The notes below the pieces were generated by a model. The model worked only from the letters and a program-made list of their open reading frames with translations. It was not told where the DNA came from and did not search any database. Positions 26,700 through 36,383 of a DNA stretch of 46,817 nt are shown here, in pieces. Source of the stretch: Sandaracinaceae bacterium. GTDB taxonomy: Bacteria; Myxococcota_A; Polyangia; Polyangiales; Houyiibacteriaceae. The translations under genes and the position numbers were made by a program. Every line of letters begins with the position of its first letter. The stretch's first letter is position 1. Location of the stretch: contig JAAZAH010000272.1 of the NCBI GenBank assembly GCA_012514415.1, positions 1 through 46,817 on the forward strand, written 5' to 3'.

Positions 26700-28874
26700 A
26701 TGAGTCCGATAGGCATGACCCTGGTGCTTGTGAGCACCCTCGGATTTTTCGCGTGGACGATGCGCCGCCGCGTTCGGCAGCTCCTCGTCGGCCAGCCCGA
26801 TCCTGGGGTCGACCTCAAGCGCGAGGGCGAGCTTCAAGATCGCCTGAAGACGACGCTGGTTTACGCCCTCTTCCAGAAGAAGATGCCGAACTACACGCTC
26901 GCCGGGTTCGCGCACATCATGATCTTCTTCGCCTTCATCGTCCTGGGGCTCAATAGCGTGATGCTCTGGGGACGAGGCTACGATCCTAGCTTTGACTTCT
27001 GGGGATTGCTTTCGACCGAACATTTTGTCGGCCAAGCGTATTCCTTCCTGAAGGAGATCTTTGCGCTTCTCGCGCTCCTGGGTGCCATCGCCTTCTGGTA
27101 TCTCCGCCTCGTCAAGGGCGGAAAGGACAGCGGCGATCCCTCCGAGGTGAAGGATAAGCCGCGGATGACCCTCGGGCTCGAGGCGAACGTCATCCTCGGC
27201 ATCATCGCGACGATGATGATCGCCGACTTCCTCTATGTCGGCGCGAGCCTCACGCTCGCGGCGGGGAGCACAGGTGCCGAACCGGTCTTTGCTTGGTACG
27301 AGCCGATCGGCGCTCCGCTCGCGATGGCGCTGCAGGGCACCTCGGACGGAACGCTGACGGTCCTTCAGCACATCGGTTTCTGGTGGCACTCGGCCTTCGT
27401 TCTCATCTTCCTCAACATCCTCCCGTACTCGAAGCATTTCCACATCATCACGGTGATGCCGAACGTTTTCTTCTACAATCGCCGCGAAAATGCGCTGCCG
27501 AAAGTGGAAGATCTCGAAGGGAAGGTCGAGCGCGAGGAGAGCCTCGGGATCAACAAGATCACCGACCTCACTTGGAACCATATCCTCGATCTCTATACCT
27601 GCACCGAGTGCGGACGCTGCTCCGATAACTGCCCGGCGTACATCACCGATAAGATGCTCTCGCCGAAGCACCTCACGCTCGCGCTGCGCGACCATCTCTA
27701 CGCGTCCGAAGACGCGATGTTCGGCGAGAAGAAGGAAGGCGAGGAGGCCGAAGAGGTCGAGGCCGGCGAGGCGCCCGCGCTCGACACCTATCCGGCGGCG
27801 CCCGAGGGCGGCTATTTCACGCCCGATAAGGTGGTCGATCTTGTCCCGAACGTCATTCATCCGGATGTGATCTGGGGATGCACCTCCTGCCGCGCGTGCG
27901 AGGAGCAGTGCCCGGTGATGATCACCTACGTCGATAAGATCGTGGGCATGCGTCGCGAAGAGGTCATGATGAAGAACGAGTTCCCGCACGAGCTGCAGGG
28001 GGCGTTCAACGGCCTCGAGACCAACGGGAACCCGTGGAATATCTCGGCGATGGATCGCGCCGATTGGGCATCCGGGCTCGATGTTCCGACCATGGACGAC
28101 AATCCGCACGCCGAGGTCCTCTATTGGGTCGGCTGCGCGGCCTCTTATGACGATCGCGCGAAGAAGGTGGCACGCGCCACGGCGCAGCTCCTCAAGAAGG
28201 CGAATGTGAACTTTGCCATCCTTGGGACGGAGGAGACGTGCACCGGCGATCCGGCGCGGCGCGCGGGCAATGAGTATCTCTTCCAGATGCTCGCCGAGCA
28301 GAACGTCGAGACGATGAACGGCTACGGGATCGACAAAAAGGTCGTGATCACGGCTTGCCCGCACTGCTTCAACACGCTTGCCAACGAGTATCCTGATTTC
28401 GGCGGACACTACGATGTGGTCCACCATTCGGATTATCTGAATGGGCTTGTGGCGCAGAAGAAGCTCGTTCCGACGAAGGCGGTGAAGGCGAAGGTTGCCT
28501 ATCACGATAGCTGCTACCTCGGCCGCTATAACGAGATCTACGAGCAGCCGCGGGATGTGCTCCGCGCGATCGAGGGCGTTGAGCTCGTCGAGGCGGAGTA
28601 TTGGAATCGCAATAAGGGCCTGTGCTGCGGCGCGGGTGGTGCGCAGATGTTCATGGAGGAGCAGAACGAGAACCGCGTGAACGTGAAGCGGACCCTTCAG
28701 CTTCTCAACACGGGCGCCGATACCATCGCCACCGCCTGTCCCTTCTGCATGACGATGCTCACCGACGGCCTGAAGGATCAGGAAAAGGAAGAGCAGATCA
28801 AGCAGCTCGATATCGCCGAGCTCCTTGTCCAGGCGGTGGATCTCGACGAGCAGGTTGCCGACGCTGCCGAGTAA
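26700..28874 (+). CDS. Membrane-anchored Fe-S oxidoreductase: N-terminal multi-TM domain fused to an HdrD/DsrK/GlpC-like module (2x[4Fe-4S] plus two CCG domains)
   Basis: 724 aa with about 6 hydrophobic helices at the N-terminus. Ferredoxin motifs are CTECGRCSDNCP and CTSCRACEEQCP. CCG-type Cys motifs are CPHCFNTL, YHDSCYLGRY, CCGAGG and CPFCMTML. Confidence 0.85.
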   Translation: MSPIGMTLVLVSTLGFFAWTMRRRVRQLLVGQPDPGVDLKREGELQDRLKTTLVYALFQKKMPNYTLAGFAHIMIFFAFIVLGLNSVMLWGRGYDPSFDFWGLLSTEHFVGQAYSFLKEIFALLALLGAIAFWYLRLVKGGKDSGDPSEVKDKPRMTLGLEANVILGIIATMMIADFLYVGASLTLAAGSTGAEPVFAWYEPIGAPLAMALQGTSDGTLTVLQHIGFWWHSAFVLIFLNILPYSKHFHIITVMPNVFFYNRRENALPKVEDLEGKVEREESLGINKITDLTWNHILDLYTCTECGRCSDNCPAYITDKMLSPKHLTLALRDHLYASEDAMFGEKKEGEEAEEVEAGEAPALDTYPAAPEGGYFTPDKVVDLVPNVIHPDVIWGCTSCRACEEQCPVMITYVDKIVGMRREEVMMKNEFPHELQGAFNGLETNGNPWNISAMDRADWASGLDVPTMDDNPHAEVLYWVGCAASYDDRAKKVARATAQLLKKANVNFAILGTEETCTGDPARRAGNEYLFQMLAEQNVETMNGYGIDKKVVITACPHCFNTLANEYPDFGGHYDVVHHSDYLNGLVAQKKLVPTKAVKAKVAYHDSCYLGRYNEIYEQPRDVLRAIEGVELVEAEYWNRNKGLCCGAGGAQMFMEEQNENRVNVKRTLQLLNTGADTIATACPFCMTMLTDGLKDQEKEEQIKQLDIAELLVQAVDLDEQVADAAE

Positions 28875-28897
28875 GCGAGCGCGAAACCCCAAGAAAG

Positions 28898-28927
28898 AGC
28901 CCGGCGAATGACGCCGGGCTTTTTTTA
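28898..28927 (+). terminator. Rho-independent terminator
   Basis: AGCCCGGCG (28898-28906) pairs with CGCCGGGCT (28912-28920) around the loop AATGA, followed by a T run (28921-28926). It lies 24 nt after the stop codon. Confidence 0.8.
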
Positions 28928-29234
28928 TGGCGCGCTGCGGGGTTGAACGTGGTCGGGGCTTGTTTTCGCGATGCACATGGGGCTGCGCCGCGCGGGTTGG
29001 GCCTTCGTGGCGACGGGCGTGTCCCTAGGAGAAAGTCCCCACGTTCGCCTTCGTGCGCGCTGTCCTAAGTTGCCGTGTGGGGCATTAAGATGGCTTCCGC
29101 CTTTTCGTTACGCTTTCGAAAGAAGCAGCGGACCCTCCGGACGCTCGGCCGCACGCACCGAGGCGAAAGCCGCGACCACTTCGGCTCCCGCGCTGGCAAT
29201 CGAGTTGTCGCGCTACAACAACCGAGCTCCGAGC

Positions 29235-30260
29235 TCACTCGGCGTTATCGAAGCGAATTTTGGCGAGGAGCGCTTCATCCATCGACGTCGTGGTCGATTG
29301 GTAGAGCGTGCGAGCGAGCGCTTTGACGGCAGCCTCTCGACGGTTCGCGTGAAGCGTCGACTCGATGCGTGTGCGAACGGCCTCCCAACCGGGCTTTCGC
29401 TCAGGCCGAATCCCGCGGAGGATCAGGACGCTGAAATTCCCATCGACGGGGATGGGGCGCGGATAGACATCGCCCACCTTCTCGAGCTCGAAGGCGGCGG
29501 CCGCGATGGCTGGATGAAGCGAGACATCGCGCTCTCGCATCGCGTTGCCTTCGCGATCGAAGAAGCGAAGGTCTCCAGCGCTCAGACGCGTCCTATCGTC
29601 CCGGCTCTCTCGCCGGATAATCTCGCGAATCTCTCCGGTCTTGAGCGTGGGGATAAGCGAAATCAGCTCTTTGGCACGCGCTTCGCTCTTCACCAAGATG
29701 TGCGAGGCGCGCCGCATTTCCGGACGCTCGAACTGCGCCCGATTTTCATCGTAGTACGCCTTGATCTCCTCGTCCGTGATGGGTTTTTCAAGGAGCGGCT
29801 CGTCGATGGTCTCACGTAAGAAGGTTTGGACGACGCGTCGATCGCGTTCGCTCCGATGAGCGAAGCGGAGGTGCATCCCTCGCTTTCGCGCCTCACCGGC
29901 AAGAATTTTTTCGTCGAGAAGCCTACGCGCGAGCGCATCGAGCGCTTCTTCGGTGACCCCACCGAGGAGCTCGGGGGGGCGCTCCGCGATCGCGCGCTCA
30001 AGACGTTCGAGGCTGAGCTGATATTCGCCGCTCCGCGCGACGACGCGCCCGGAGCTTTCACCGCCATCCGCTGATTTTTCACCGTCAGCGCTCGCCCTAC
30101 GGAGCGCCTCCCGCGGCGCGCCTTCCTCGGTGGCTGTCTCCTTCGCCTCGCCGCCCGTCTCCGCGTGGAGCGGCATGGGGGCTTTCCACGCGAGCAGTCC
30201 GAGAGCCGCCGCGGAGCCGAGAATCAGAGGGACCGAAAGAAAGAGACGAGCACGCATCAC
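29235..30260 (-). CDS. Parvulin-type peptidyl-prolyl isomerase (PpiC/SurA/PrsA-like), secreted
   Basis: 341 aa. It has an N-terminal signal/anchor LFLSVPLILGSAAALGLLAW and a parvulin motif RASHILVKSEARAKEL. The start is GTG 30260 or ATG 30257, directly abutting the upstream stop. Confidence 0.8.
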   Translation of the reverse strand: MMRARLFLSVPLILGSAAALGLLAWKAPMPLHAETGGEAKETATEEGAPREALRRASADGEKSADGGESSGRVVARSGEYQLSLERLERAIAERPPELLGGVTEEALDALARRLLDEKILAGEARKRGMHLRFAHRSERDRRVVQTFLRETIDEPLLEKPITDEEIKAYYDENRAQFERPEMRRASHILVKSEARAKELISLIPTLKTGEIREIIRRESRDDRTRLSAGDLRFFDREGNAMRERDVSLHPAIAAAAFELEKVGDVYPRPIPVDGNFSVLILRGIRPERKPGWEAVRTRIESTLHANRREAAVKALARTLYQSTTTSMDEALLAKIRFDNAE

Positions 30261-31292
30261 TCAAGCAAAGAGTCGCATAATGTCTCGATAAAAGACGAGG
30301 ACCATCAGCCCGAGGAGGAAAAGAATCCCCACATAATGAATCATGGTCTCGACGCGCTCGCTCGCTTTTCGACGCGTGATGGCCTCGTACGCCAAAAAGC
30401 AAAGGCGACCACCATCGAGGGCGGGGAAGGGAAGAAGGTTCATCAGCCCAAGCGCGACGGAGATGAGCGCGAGGAGCTCGATGAAATAATCGGCGCCAAG
30501 CTCGAAGCTGGTTGCCATCATTTGACCGATCCCGACGGGACCCACGAGGTTCTCCGTTTCCCTCTTCTGAGCGGTCTCTTTAAGACCTTGGATTTGAAGA
30601 ACGGTAAGCTCCCATGGGCGCTTCACCGACGTGATGAGCGCATCGCCTAAGTCGAGCGGGGGAAGGCGCGAGAGCCCGAGTTGCACGCCGATCAGTGCGC
30701 GGTCCCCTTCGATCTTCGGCACGATAGTGTACTCCATCCGTTCACCATTACGGATCACCTGATAGCGCGTCGGCTTCTCGCCTCGTTCACTCGTCGCCGC
30801 GATGATGTCTTGAAAGTTTCGGATTGGCTGATCTTCGACGGCGACGAAGAGATCGCCCGGCTCGAGCAATCCTTCCGCCGCGGAACCTTCAGCGAGCGAT
30901 TCGACCTTTACTCCCGACGGCCCTACGAAGTACACGAGCCCAAAAATCATCAAAACCGCCGCGAGATAGTTTGCGAACGGCCCCGCGGCCACCGTGACGA
31001 TTCGCGCCAGCACCCCTTGATTCGAATAGAGGCTGGGATCGTCCTTATCGATATCTTCCTCGAAGGGGTTCATCCCCGCGATCTGCACATAAGCGAGGAA
31101 AGGTAGGAGAGCGACCTGGAATGTCGTGTCGCTATCTTTCGGTTTGATCTTGAAGATCGTGGGACCGAAGCCGATGCTGAACCTCTCGACGCGCATGCCC
31201 GAGACGCGCGCGGCAAGATAATGCCCTCCTTCGTGCACGATCATCAAAAAGCCAATCCCAAGGACGGCGACCAGAATGGAGATCAACGACAT
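30261..31292 (-). CDS. RIP site-2 metalloprotease (M50), short form with one PDZ
   Basis: 343 aa. Motifs HEGGHYLAARVSGM and NLLPFPALDGG. This is the second RseP-family gene in the window. Confidence 0.85.
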   Translation of the reverse strand: MSLISILVAVLGIGFLMIVHEGGHYLAARVSGMRVERFSIGFGPTIFKIKPKDSDTTFQVALLPFLAYVQIAGMNPFEEDIDKDDPSLYSNQGVLARIVTVAAGPFANYLAAVLMIFGLVYFVGPSGVKVESLAEGSAAEGLLEPGDLFVAVEDQPIRNFQDIIAATSERGEKPTRYQVIRNGERMEYTIVPKIEGDRALIGVQLGLSRLPPLDLGDALITSVKRPWELTVLQIQGLKETAQKRETENLVGPVGIGQMMATSFELGADYFIELLALISVALGLMNLLPFPALDGGRLCFLAYEAITRRKASERVETMIHYVGILFLLGLMVLVFYRDIMRLFA

Positions 31293-31334
31293 TTTAGTGT
31301 GACTTAAAGATAGTGTGCCCTACGGCTCTCGCTC

Positions 31335-32885
31335 ATGATCAAGCTAATCCGAATCGCTCTCGCTGTCGTTTCTTTTTTCGGAGTCCCGAAAGAGATTAGG
31401 GCCGATGAGCGAATCCGCCATGAATTTCGCCCCTCGTTGACCGATGAGGCGATCGCGGGAGTGATCGCGAGCCCCCGAAGCGGCGAGTCCATCCTCGTTC
31501 GCGACGGGCGCCCCGCCGAAAGGGCCGAGACCGAGCCCGCCCCGCGCCTCGCGAGGATGCACCGAGCCTCGAATGCGCCAAGACATCGTCCCGATCGCGC
31601 AACCGATTTCATGGGCGAGCTCGCCTATTTCGAGACGTATCAACCGAGCGTCGCACCACATAAACGCCTCGAAGCCTTCGATGGAGTCGAAATTGGAGCG
31701 GATGGGGTGCCGGAGCTGATCGTCGTTTCTAAGACGAGAGAGCAGGTGGCGGTCGGTGAAGCCGGAGGAGAGGGCCATCGCTTTATCGGCGAACTCTGGG
31801 TCGATTTTTCGGAGAGTCTTAGCGTGCCCATCCCAAGCGTCTCGCCGAGGATGCGCATCCTCCATCTTGAGAGCGCTCCCGCCATGAGCGTCCGCGTCGA
31901 GCGGGATGGCGCAGGGAATTATTTTCTACGCGCTCCGTCCAAGTTCGGTGTCCCCGTCCGCGTCCTGCTCTTCGTCGAAGCGGATCCTGGCTATTTCAAC
32001 CAGCCTATTCCGGACGTGCCGCTCAAACGGCTCGACCTCCCCGTGAGCGCGCTTCCTCCCAAACTCGAGGCCGAAGCGCTCGCGTTTGCCTCCGAGCTCG
32101 GCCTTTCGCGCGACCACTCCCTCAAAGAAGCGCTCGATGTGCTCGTCGAGTACTTTCGCGCCTTCATCGAAGGCGAGACGCAGGTGGAATACGGCGGCTC
32201 GATCTATGGCTCCCTTGCGCGGGGTGGCTATGGAATCTGTCGGCATCGTGCGTATGCTTTCATGATCACCGCGCTCGCCCTCGGCATCCCCACTCGCTAC
32301 GTCCAGAACGAGGCGCATGCTTTTGTCGAGATCGACTTTCGCGTCGAGACCCTCACACAAGCGCAACCGGTCCAAAGCATGCGGATCGAGCTTGGCGGCT
32401 CGACGGCGTTTGTCGAGGGCCACGGTCTCCGCCCGGACTCGATATACCGCCCGCAGAATCCCGATCCTTTCCCCCAGCCCGCAGCTTATCTCGAAGGCAT
32501 GCGGCGGGGCTCCATTCCGCAGGAAAGCGGCGAGTCACGGACCGCTAATGGCTTCGGAGGCGTGCAAAATGGCCTCGAGAACGCATACACTCGCTCCACT
32601 TATCGCGCCACGCTCGAGCGCGCGCGGCTCGTTGGGTATCGCGGCGATCGCCTTCGAGTCTCCTTCCTCATCACGGATTCATCCGGCGCACCCGCCCGCA
32701 ATCTGCCCTTGATGCTCGGGGTGACCGGGACCTCACTCGCTCATGCATCGAGCGACGAACGAGGCTTTGCCCAATTTTCGCTACGAATTCCGTTCGATAT
32801 TGAGCCGGGAACGCATAAGCTAGAGCTCTTCACCCGCGTCGATGCGGGTTCCCCCCTTGAGCGCATCCCCATTGCAGTTGAATAA
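31335..32885 (+). CDS. Secreted transglutaminase-like cysteine protease-fold protein
   Basis: 516 aa with a signal-like N-terminus. The transglutaminase core has Cys (GYGICRHRAYAF) and His (NEAHAFVEIDF). The C-terminus looks Ig-like. Confidence 0.75.
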   Translation: MIKLIRIALAVVSFFGVPKEIRADERIRHEFRPSLTDEAIAGVIASPRSGESILVRDGRPAERAETEPAPRLARMHRASNAPRHRPDRATDFMGELAYFETYQPSVAPHKRLEAFDGVEIGADGVPELIVVSKTREQVAVGEAGGEGHRFIGELWVDFSESLSVPIPSVSPRMRILHLESAPAMSVRVERDGAGNYFLRAPSKFGVPVRVLLFVEADPGYFNQPIPDVPLKRLDLPVSALPPKLEAEALAFASELGLSRDHSLKEALDVLVEYFRAFIEGETQVEYGGSIYGSLARGGYGICRHRAYAFMITALALGIPTRYVQNEAHAFVEIDFRVETLTQAQPVQSMRIELGGSTAFVEGHGLRPDSIYRPQNPDPFPQPAAYLEGMRRGSIPQESGESRTANGFGGVQNGLENAYTRSTYRATLERARLVGYRGDRLRVSFLITDSSGAPARNLPLMLGVTGTSLAHASSDERGFAQFSLRIPFDIEPGTHKLELFTRVDAGSPLERIPIAVE

Positions 32886-32899
32886 GAAGCGTCTCGATC

Positions 32900-33688
32900 G
32901 TGCCTAAGAACGCCCTCTCGCGCCTCGCGATGCCCATCGCGATGGTGCTTCTCATCGCCTTCGCCACCGCCCCGCCTCGCGCCCTCGCGAACGATCCCTA
33001 TGAGTGCATCGACGATCTCAGCGAGTACGAGATCGACTATCGCCTCCGCTGGATCGAGCGCCATTTTGCCGAGCACGAACGCTATTCCAAGATTTGGTGG
33101 TGGGGCTGGCTTTCCGTGATGGGCGCCGCGGCCATTTCGCACGCTGTCGCCTTCTTCGCGATCCCCGATCAGCCCACGCAGAACGAGTATCGGATGCTCC
33201 GGGAGCGCATGTTCATCAATGCGGTAGGCGCGACCTTCACCACCGGTCAGATGAGTATCCTCGCAATGACGTCGGCGCATGCACCGCGAAAGCTCCGGAA
33301 GATGCCCGCGAATACGGTCGAGGAAAAGCGCACCAAACTTCACCGCGCCGTTACGCTCCTCGAGCGCTCTTCGGAGCGGCAGATCCTAGGAAAAGGGGCG
33401 CATGCACACGCGGCGGGCATCGGATGGGCCATCGGCACAGGCACCTATCTCACGGTTCGTGATCACGATGCGCTTACGCTTGCCCAAGCGTTCGTCCTCC
33501 CGCTGGTCGTCGTGCAGGGGCGAATCTTCACCCAGCCGCGCGCGGCAATTCGCGCCTATGAGCAGTACCGCGTCATCGGCTGTTTTGGTCGCGAGGGCTT
33601 TGCGCTCCCCCCACTCCGCACTGTGAAGCGGGCGGATTGGGATATCACGCCGGGCCTAGGGAGCCTCTTCTTCACGGTGAATTTTTAG
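32900..33688 (+). CDS. Hypothetical secreted or membrane protein
   Basis: 262 aa. The signal-like segment is LAMPIAMVLLIAFATAPPRALA and the C-terminus ends in LFFTVNF. I recognise no family. Confidence 0.5.
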   Translation: MPKNALSRLAMPIAMVLLIAFATAPPRALANDPYECIDDLSEYEIDYRLRWIERHFAEHERYSKIWWWGWLSVMGAAAISHAVAFFAIPDQPTQNEYRMLRERMFINAVGATFTTGQMSILAMTSAHAPRKLRKMPANTVEEKRTKLHRAVTLLERSSERQILGKGAHAHAAGIGWAIGTGTYLTVRDHDALTLAQAFVLPLVVVQGRIFTQPRAAIRAYEQYRVIGCFGREGFALPPLRTVKRADWDITPGLGSLFFTVNF

Positions 33689-35063
33689 CGGAGTCGTTGC
33701 GTCGCCTAAGTCGAGCCGCGAAACCCTCGCGATTTTCTTGTTTGGCGCGCGCGATGGCGAGCGCATCGTCGGGGACGTCGCGAGTGACCGTCGTCCCCGA
33801 TGCCACGTACGCGCCTTTCCCGACGCGAACTGGAGCGACAAGCTGCGAGTCACTGCCGATGAAGGCGCCATCACCGATCACGGTCGTCTGTTTCCTCGCG
33901 CCGTCGTAATTGCAGAAGATCGTCCCTGCGCCGATGTTCACGCCCTCGCCGATCTCCCCGTCGCCGACATAACTTAGGTGGTTGACCTTCGAGCCCTTGC
34001 CGAGAAGCGTCTTCTTGGTCTCACAGAAGTTGCCGATCTTCCCGCCTTCGCCGATCTCGGTTTCGGGTCGAAGGTGGCTGAATGGGCCGATTTCGGCGCG
34101 CTCACCGATCACACTTTTTTCGGCCACCGTATAGGGCTTGATGTAGGCGTCGGCGAGGACCTCGACGTCAAGAAGGATGCTGCCTGAGTCGATCTTGGCG
34201 CCGCTCCGGACGATGGTTCGCCCGCGCAGCTCGACGTTCGCACCAAGCTCCGCGCCACCTTCGACCTCGCACTCGGCCGAGACGAAGACGGTCTCGGGGA
34301 GCCGCATCTTCACCCCCTCGCGCATGAGACGCTCTCGGCGCTCACGAAGGAGCACGGTCTCGGCGCGTGAAAGCTCGAGAGGATCGTTGACACCGAGGAG
34401 GCGATCGATGGGATGACTCAAACTGGCGGCGCCGCCTTCGGCCATTCCAACGATATCGGTGAGGTAATACTCGCCTTGGGCGTTTTCGTTTGACAGCGCC
34501 GCGATCGCCCGCCGCAAAAAGGGGATCGAGGCGAGATAAACACCCGGATTGACCTCCGAGATCGCCCTTTCGGATTCCGAGCAGTCTTTCTCTTCGCGGA
34601 TCCCAACCACCCGACCCGACGCATCGCGGAGGATGCGGCCATAGCCATGAGGGTTGTCGATCGTTGAGGTGAGCAGGGCGAGCTCGGCGCGAATTTCAAG
34701 AAGCGAGCGAAGTGCCTCCGCTTCGATGAGCGGACAGTCGCCGTTGATGATCAGCGCTCGATCCGTCTCGTCTCCAATCAAGGGAAGCGCGGCTCGTACG
34801 GCATCCCCTGTGCCAAGCTGCTTCTGCTGAACGGCTGTCCGAACGTGCTCGCCATAGAGGCGCCGCAGCTCGGCCTCGACCTCGTCTCGGCCATGCCCGA
34901 CGACGACGATGATCTCGTCCACGCCGGACGAGCGTGTCGCGTCGACCACCCATGCGATCATGCTCCGCTCGAGAAGCTCATGGAGTACCTTGGGGCGCGC
35001 GGAGCGCATCCGCTTCCCCTGACCTGCGGCGAGGATGATTGCGACCGATTTCGCTGTGTGCAT
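33672..35063 (-). CDS. glmU: Bifunctional UDP-N-acetylglucosamine diphosphorylase / glucosamine-1-phosphate N-acetyltransferase
   Basis: 463 aa. The N-terminus is AIILAAGQGKRMRSARPKVLH, and the C-terminus has left-handed beta-helix hexapeptide repeats. Confidence 0.9.
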   Translation of the reverse strand: MHTAKSVAIILAAGQGKRMRSARPKVLHELLERSMIAWVVDATRSSGVDEIIVVVGHGRDEVEAELRRLYGEHVRTAVQQKQLGTGDAVRAALPLIGDETDRALIINGDCPLIEAEALRSLLEIRAELALLTSTIDNPHGYGRILRDASGRVVGIREEKDCSESERAISEVNPGVYLASIPFLRRAIAALSNENAQGEYYLTDIVGMAEGGAASLSHPIDRLLGVNDPLELSRAETVLLRERRERLMREGVKMRLPETVFVSAECEVEGGAELGANVELRGRTIVRSGAKIDSGSILLDVEVLADAYIKPYTVAEKSVIGERAEIGPFSHLRPETEIGEGGKIGNFCETKKTLLGKGSKVNHLSYVGDGEIGEGVNIGAGTIFCNYDGARKQTTVIGDGAFIGSDSQLVAPVRVGKGAYVASGTTVTRDVPDDALAIARAKQENREGFAARLRRRNDSAKNSP

Positions 35064-35067
35064 GAGC

Positions 35068-36246
35068 TCAGAGTGCCGAGCTCAGCTCGCCGGTCAAGTA
35101 TTTCGACACCCGATGGAGCGCGAGGAGGTCGTGGACATCTTCCTCAAATGCCGGCACTTCGACGAAGTTCACCTCTTCACCGAGATGGTAGCGGAGGCGA
35201 TCGGTCTCGACCCGATCGGCGACCGCGCGCATCCGCTCATCGTCGAGCGCGGTGAACATCCGCTCGACCGCTTCCTCGGGCGAAAAGCGCGAGCGCTCGA
35301 GATGTGGCGCGACCATCCGCGCAAGCTCATCCGCCTCGGGTTCGGGCTCGGGAAGGAGCTCGTGGACTTGGTTCACAATCACTCCATCGCGGCGCATCCC
35401 GGCTTCTTTCAGGCGATCACTGAAGAAGACCGCCTCACGGATGGCGAGGGGGTGCGGGCTCGTCACCACGACAAAGGCGACGTCGTCGCTTCGGAGCGCT
35501 TCGGAGACCTCGGTGGCATGTGCGCGAAATCCGCCGAAGAGATCGTTCAGGCCGGCGATGAATTCGGCGACCTGTTTTAGGAACTCAGCGCCCGTGAATT
35601 TTGCGAGGCCGGAGAGGACCAATGAGGCGCCTTTGCTCAAGAGCGCACCGAAGGCGCCGCGATCGCTCGTCTCGAACGCTTGGATGAACCAGCGCGTTGC
35701 CGGTGAATCGATGGTGCCGATGAGACGTTCAGGAGCGTCCAGGAAATCGAGCGCATTCGCTGTGGGGGGCGTGTCGAGGACGATGAGATCCCAAGAGGGA
35801 TCTTTCCGCACTTCGAAGAGCTTCTCCATCGCCATGTACTCCTGCGTCCCAGCGAGGGAGTTGCTCACATATTGGTAGATCTCGTTATTGAGGATGCGAT
35901 CGCGCGATTCCGCATCCGAGGCGAGATTGTGAATCAGCTGATCGAAGGTCTTTTTCGTATCCAGCATCATCGCCGAGAGCGAACCCTTCAATTCGAGCCC
36001 GTGAGCGGCGAAGAGCTCTTTCGGCACCTCTTGCTCGCTCGTCGTCATCTCGCTGAGACCGAGGCTATTGGCTAGGCGCCGGGCAGGATCGATGGTGAGG
36101 CAGAGGACGCGTCTTCCCTCGAGCGCGGCGTGGACCGCGAGCGCCGCGGCGCTGGTGGTTTTCCCGACGCCGCCGCTCCCGACGGTGACGACGACACGAT
36201 GCGAACGAAGGATCTCGAGGAGACTCATGACGGCGCACCGTAGCAT
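35068..36246 (-). CDS. ArsA/GET3-family P-loop ATPase
   Basis: 392 aa. Motifs are the deviant Walker A VTVGSGGVGKTTSAAALA and LIVLDTPPTANALDFL. An alternative start lies at 36228. It ends 4 nt upstream of the glmU start. Confidence 0.8.
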   Translation of the reverse strand: MLRCAVMSLLEILRSHRVVVTVGSGGVGKTTSAAALAVHAALEGRRVLCLTIDPARRLANSLGLSEMTTSEQEVPKELFAAHGLELKGSLSAMMLDTKKTFDQLIHNLASDAESRDRILNNEIYQYVSNSLAGTQEYMAMEKLFEVRKDPSWDLIVLDTPPTANALDFLDAPERLIGTIDSPATRWFIQAFETSDRGAFGALLSKGASLVLSGLAKFTGAEFLKQVAEFIAGLNDLFGGFRAHATEVSEALRSDDVAFVVVTSPHPLAIREAVFFSDRLKEAGMRRDGVIVNQVHELLPEPEPEADELARMVAPHLERSRFSPEEAVERMFTALDDERMRAVADRVETDRLRYHLGEEVNFVEVPAFEEDVHDLLALHRVSKYLTGELSSAL

Positions 36247-36383
36247 ATATGGGGGTTCGTTCCCCTCCGAAGCGGGGCGGCGCCCACGAGAGACAAAATG
36301 AGCTGCAAAAAATTTGGAGGGTTAGATAAGGAAACGTATTCTTATGTCCTACATCGGATCCCCGTCCTCAAAAAGGCAGTGAA

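Noticed and set aside
26694-28976. 760-aa minus-strand ORF
   Set aside because: It is exactly antisense to the Fe-S oxidoreductase, whose Cys motifs are unambiguous. The translation is Arg/His/Leu-rich low-complexity sequence typical of a shadow ORF in high-GC DNA.
29027-29040. AGGAGAAAGTCCCC, reminiscent of the RNase P RNA GGAAAGUCCGGGC box
   Set aside because: It is only a partial match. The other universally conserved RNase P elements (for example ACAGAACCCGGCUUA) are not present nearby, and the available non-coding space (~300 nt) is short.
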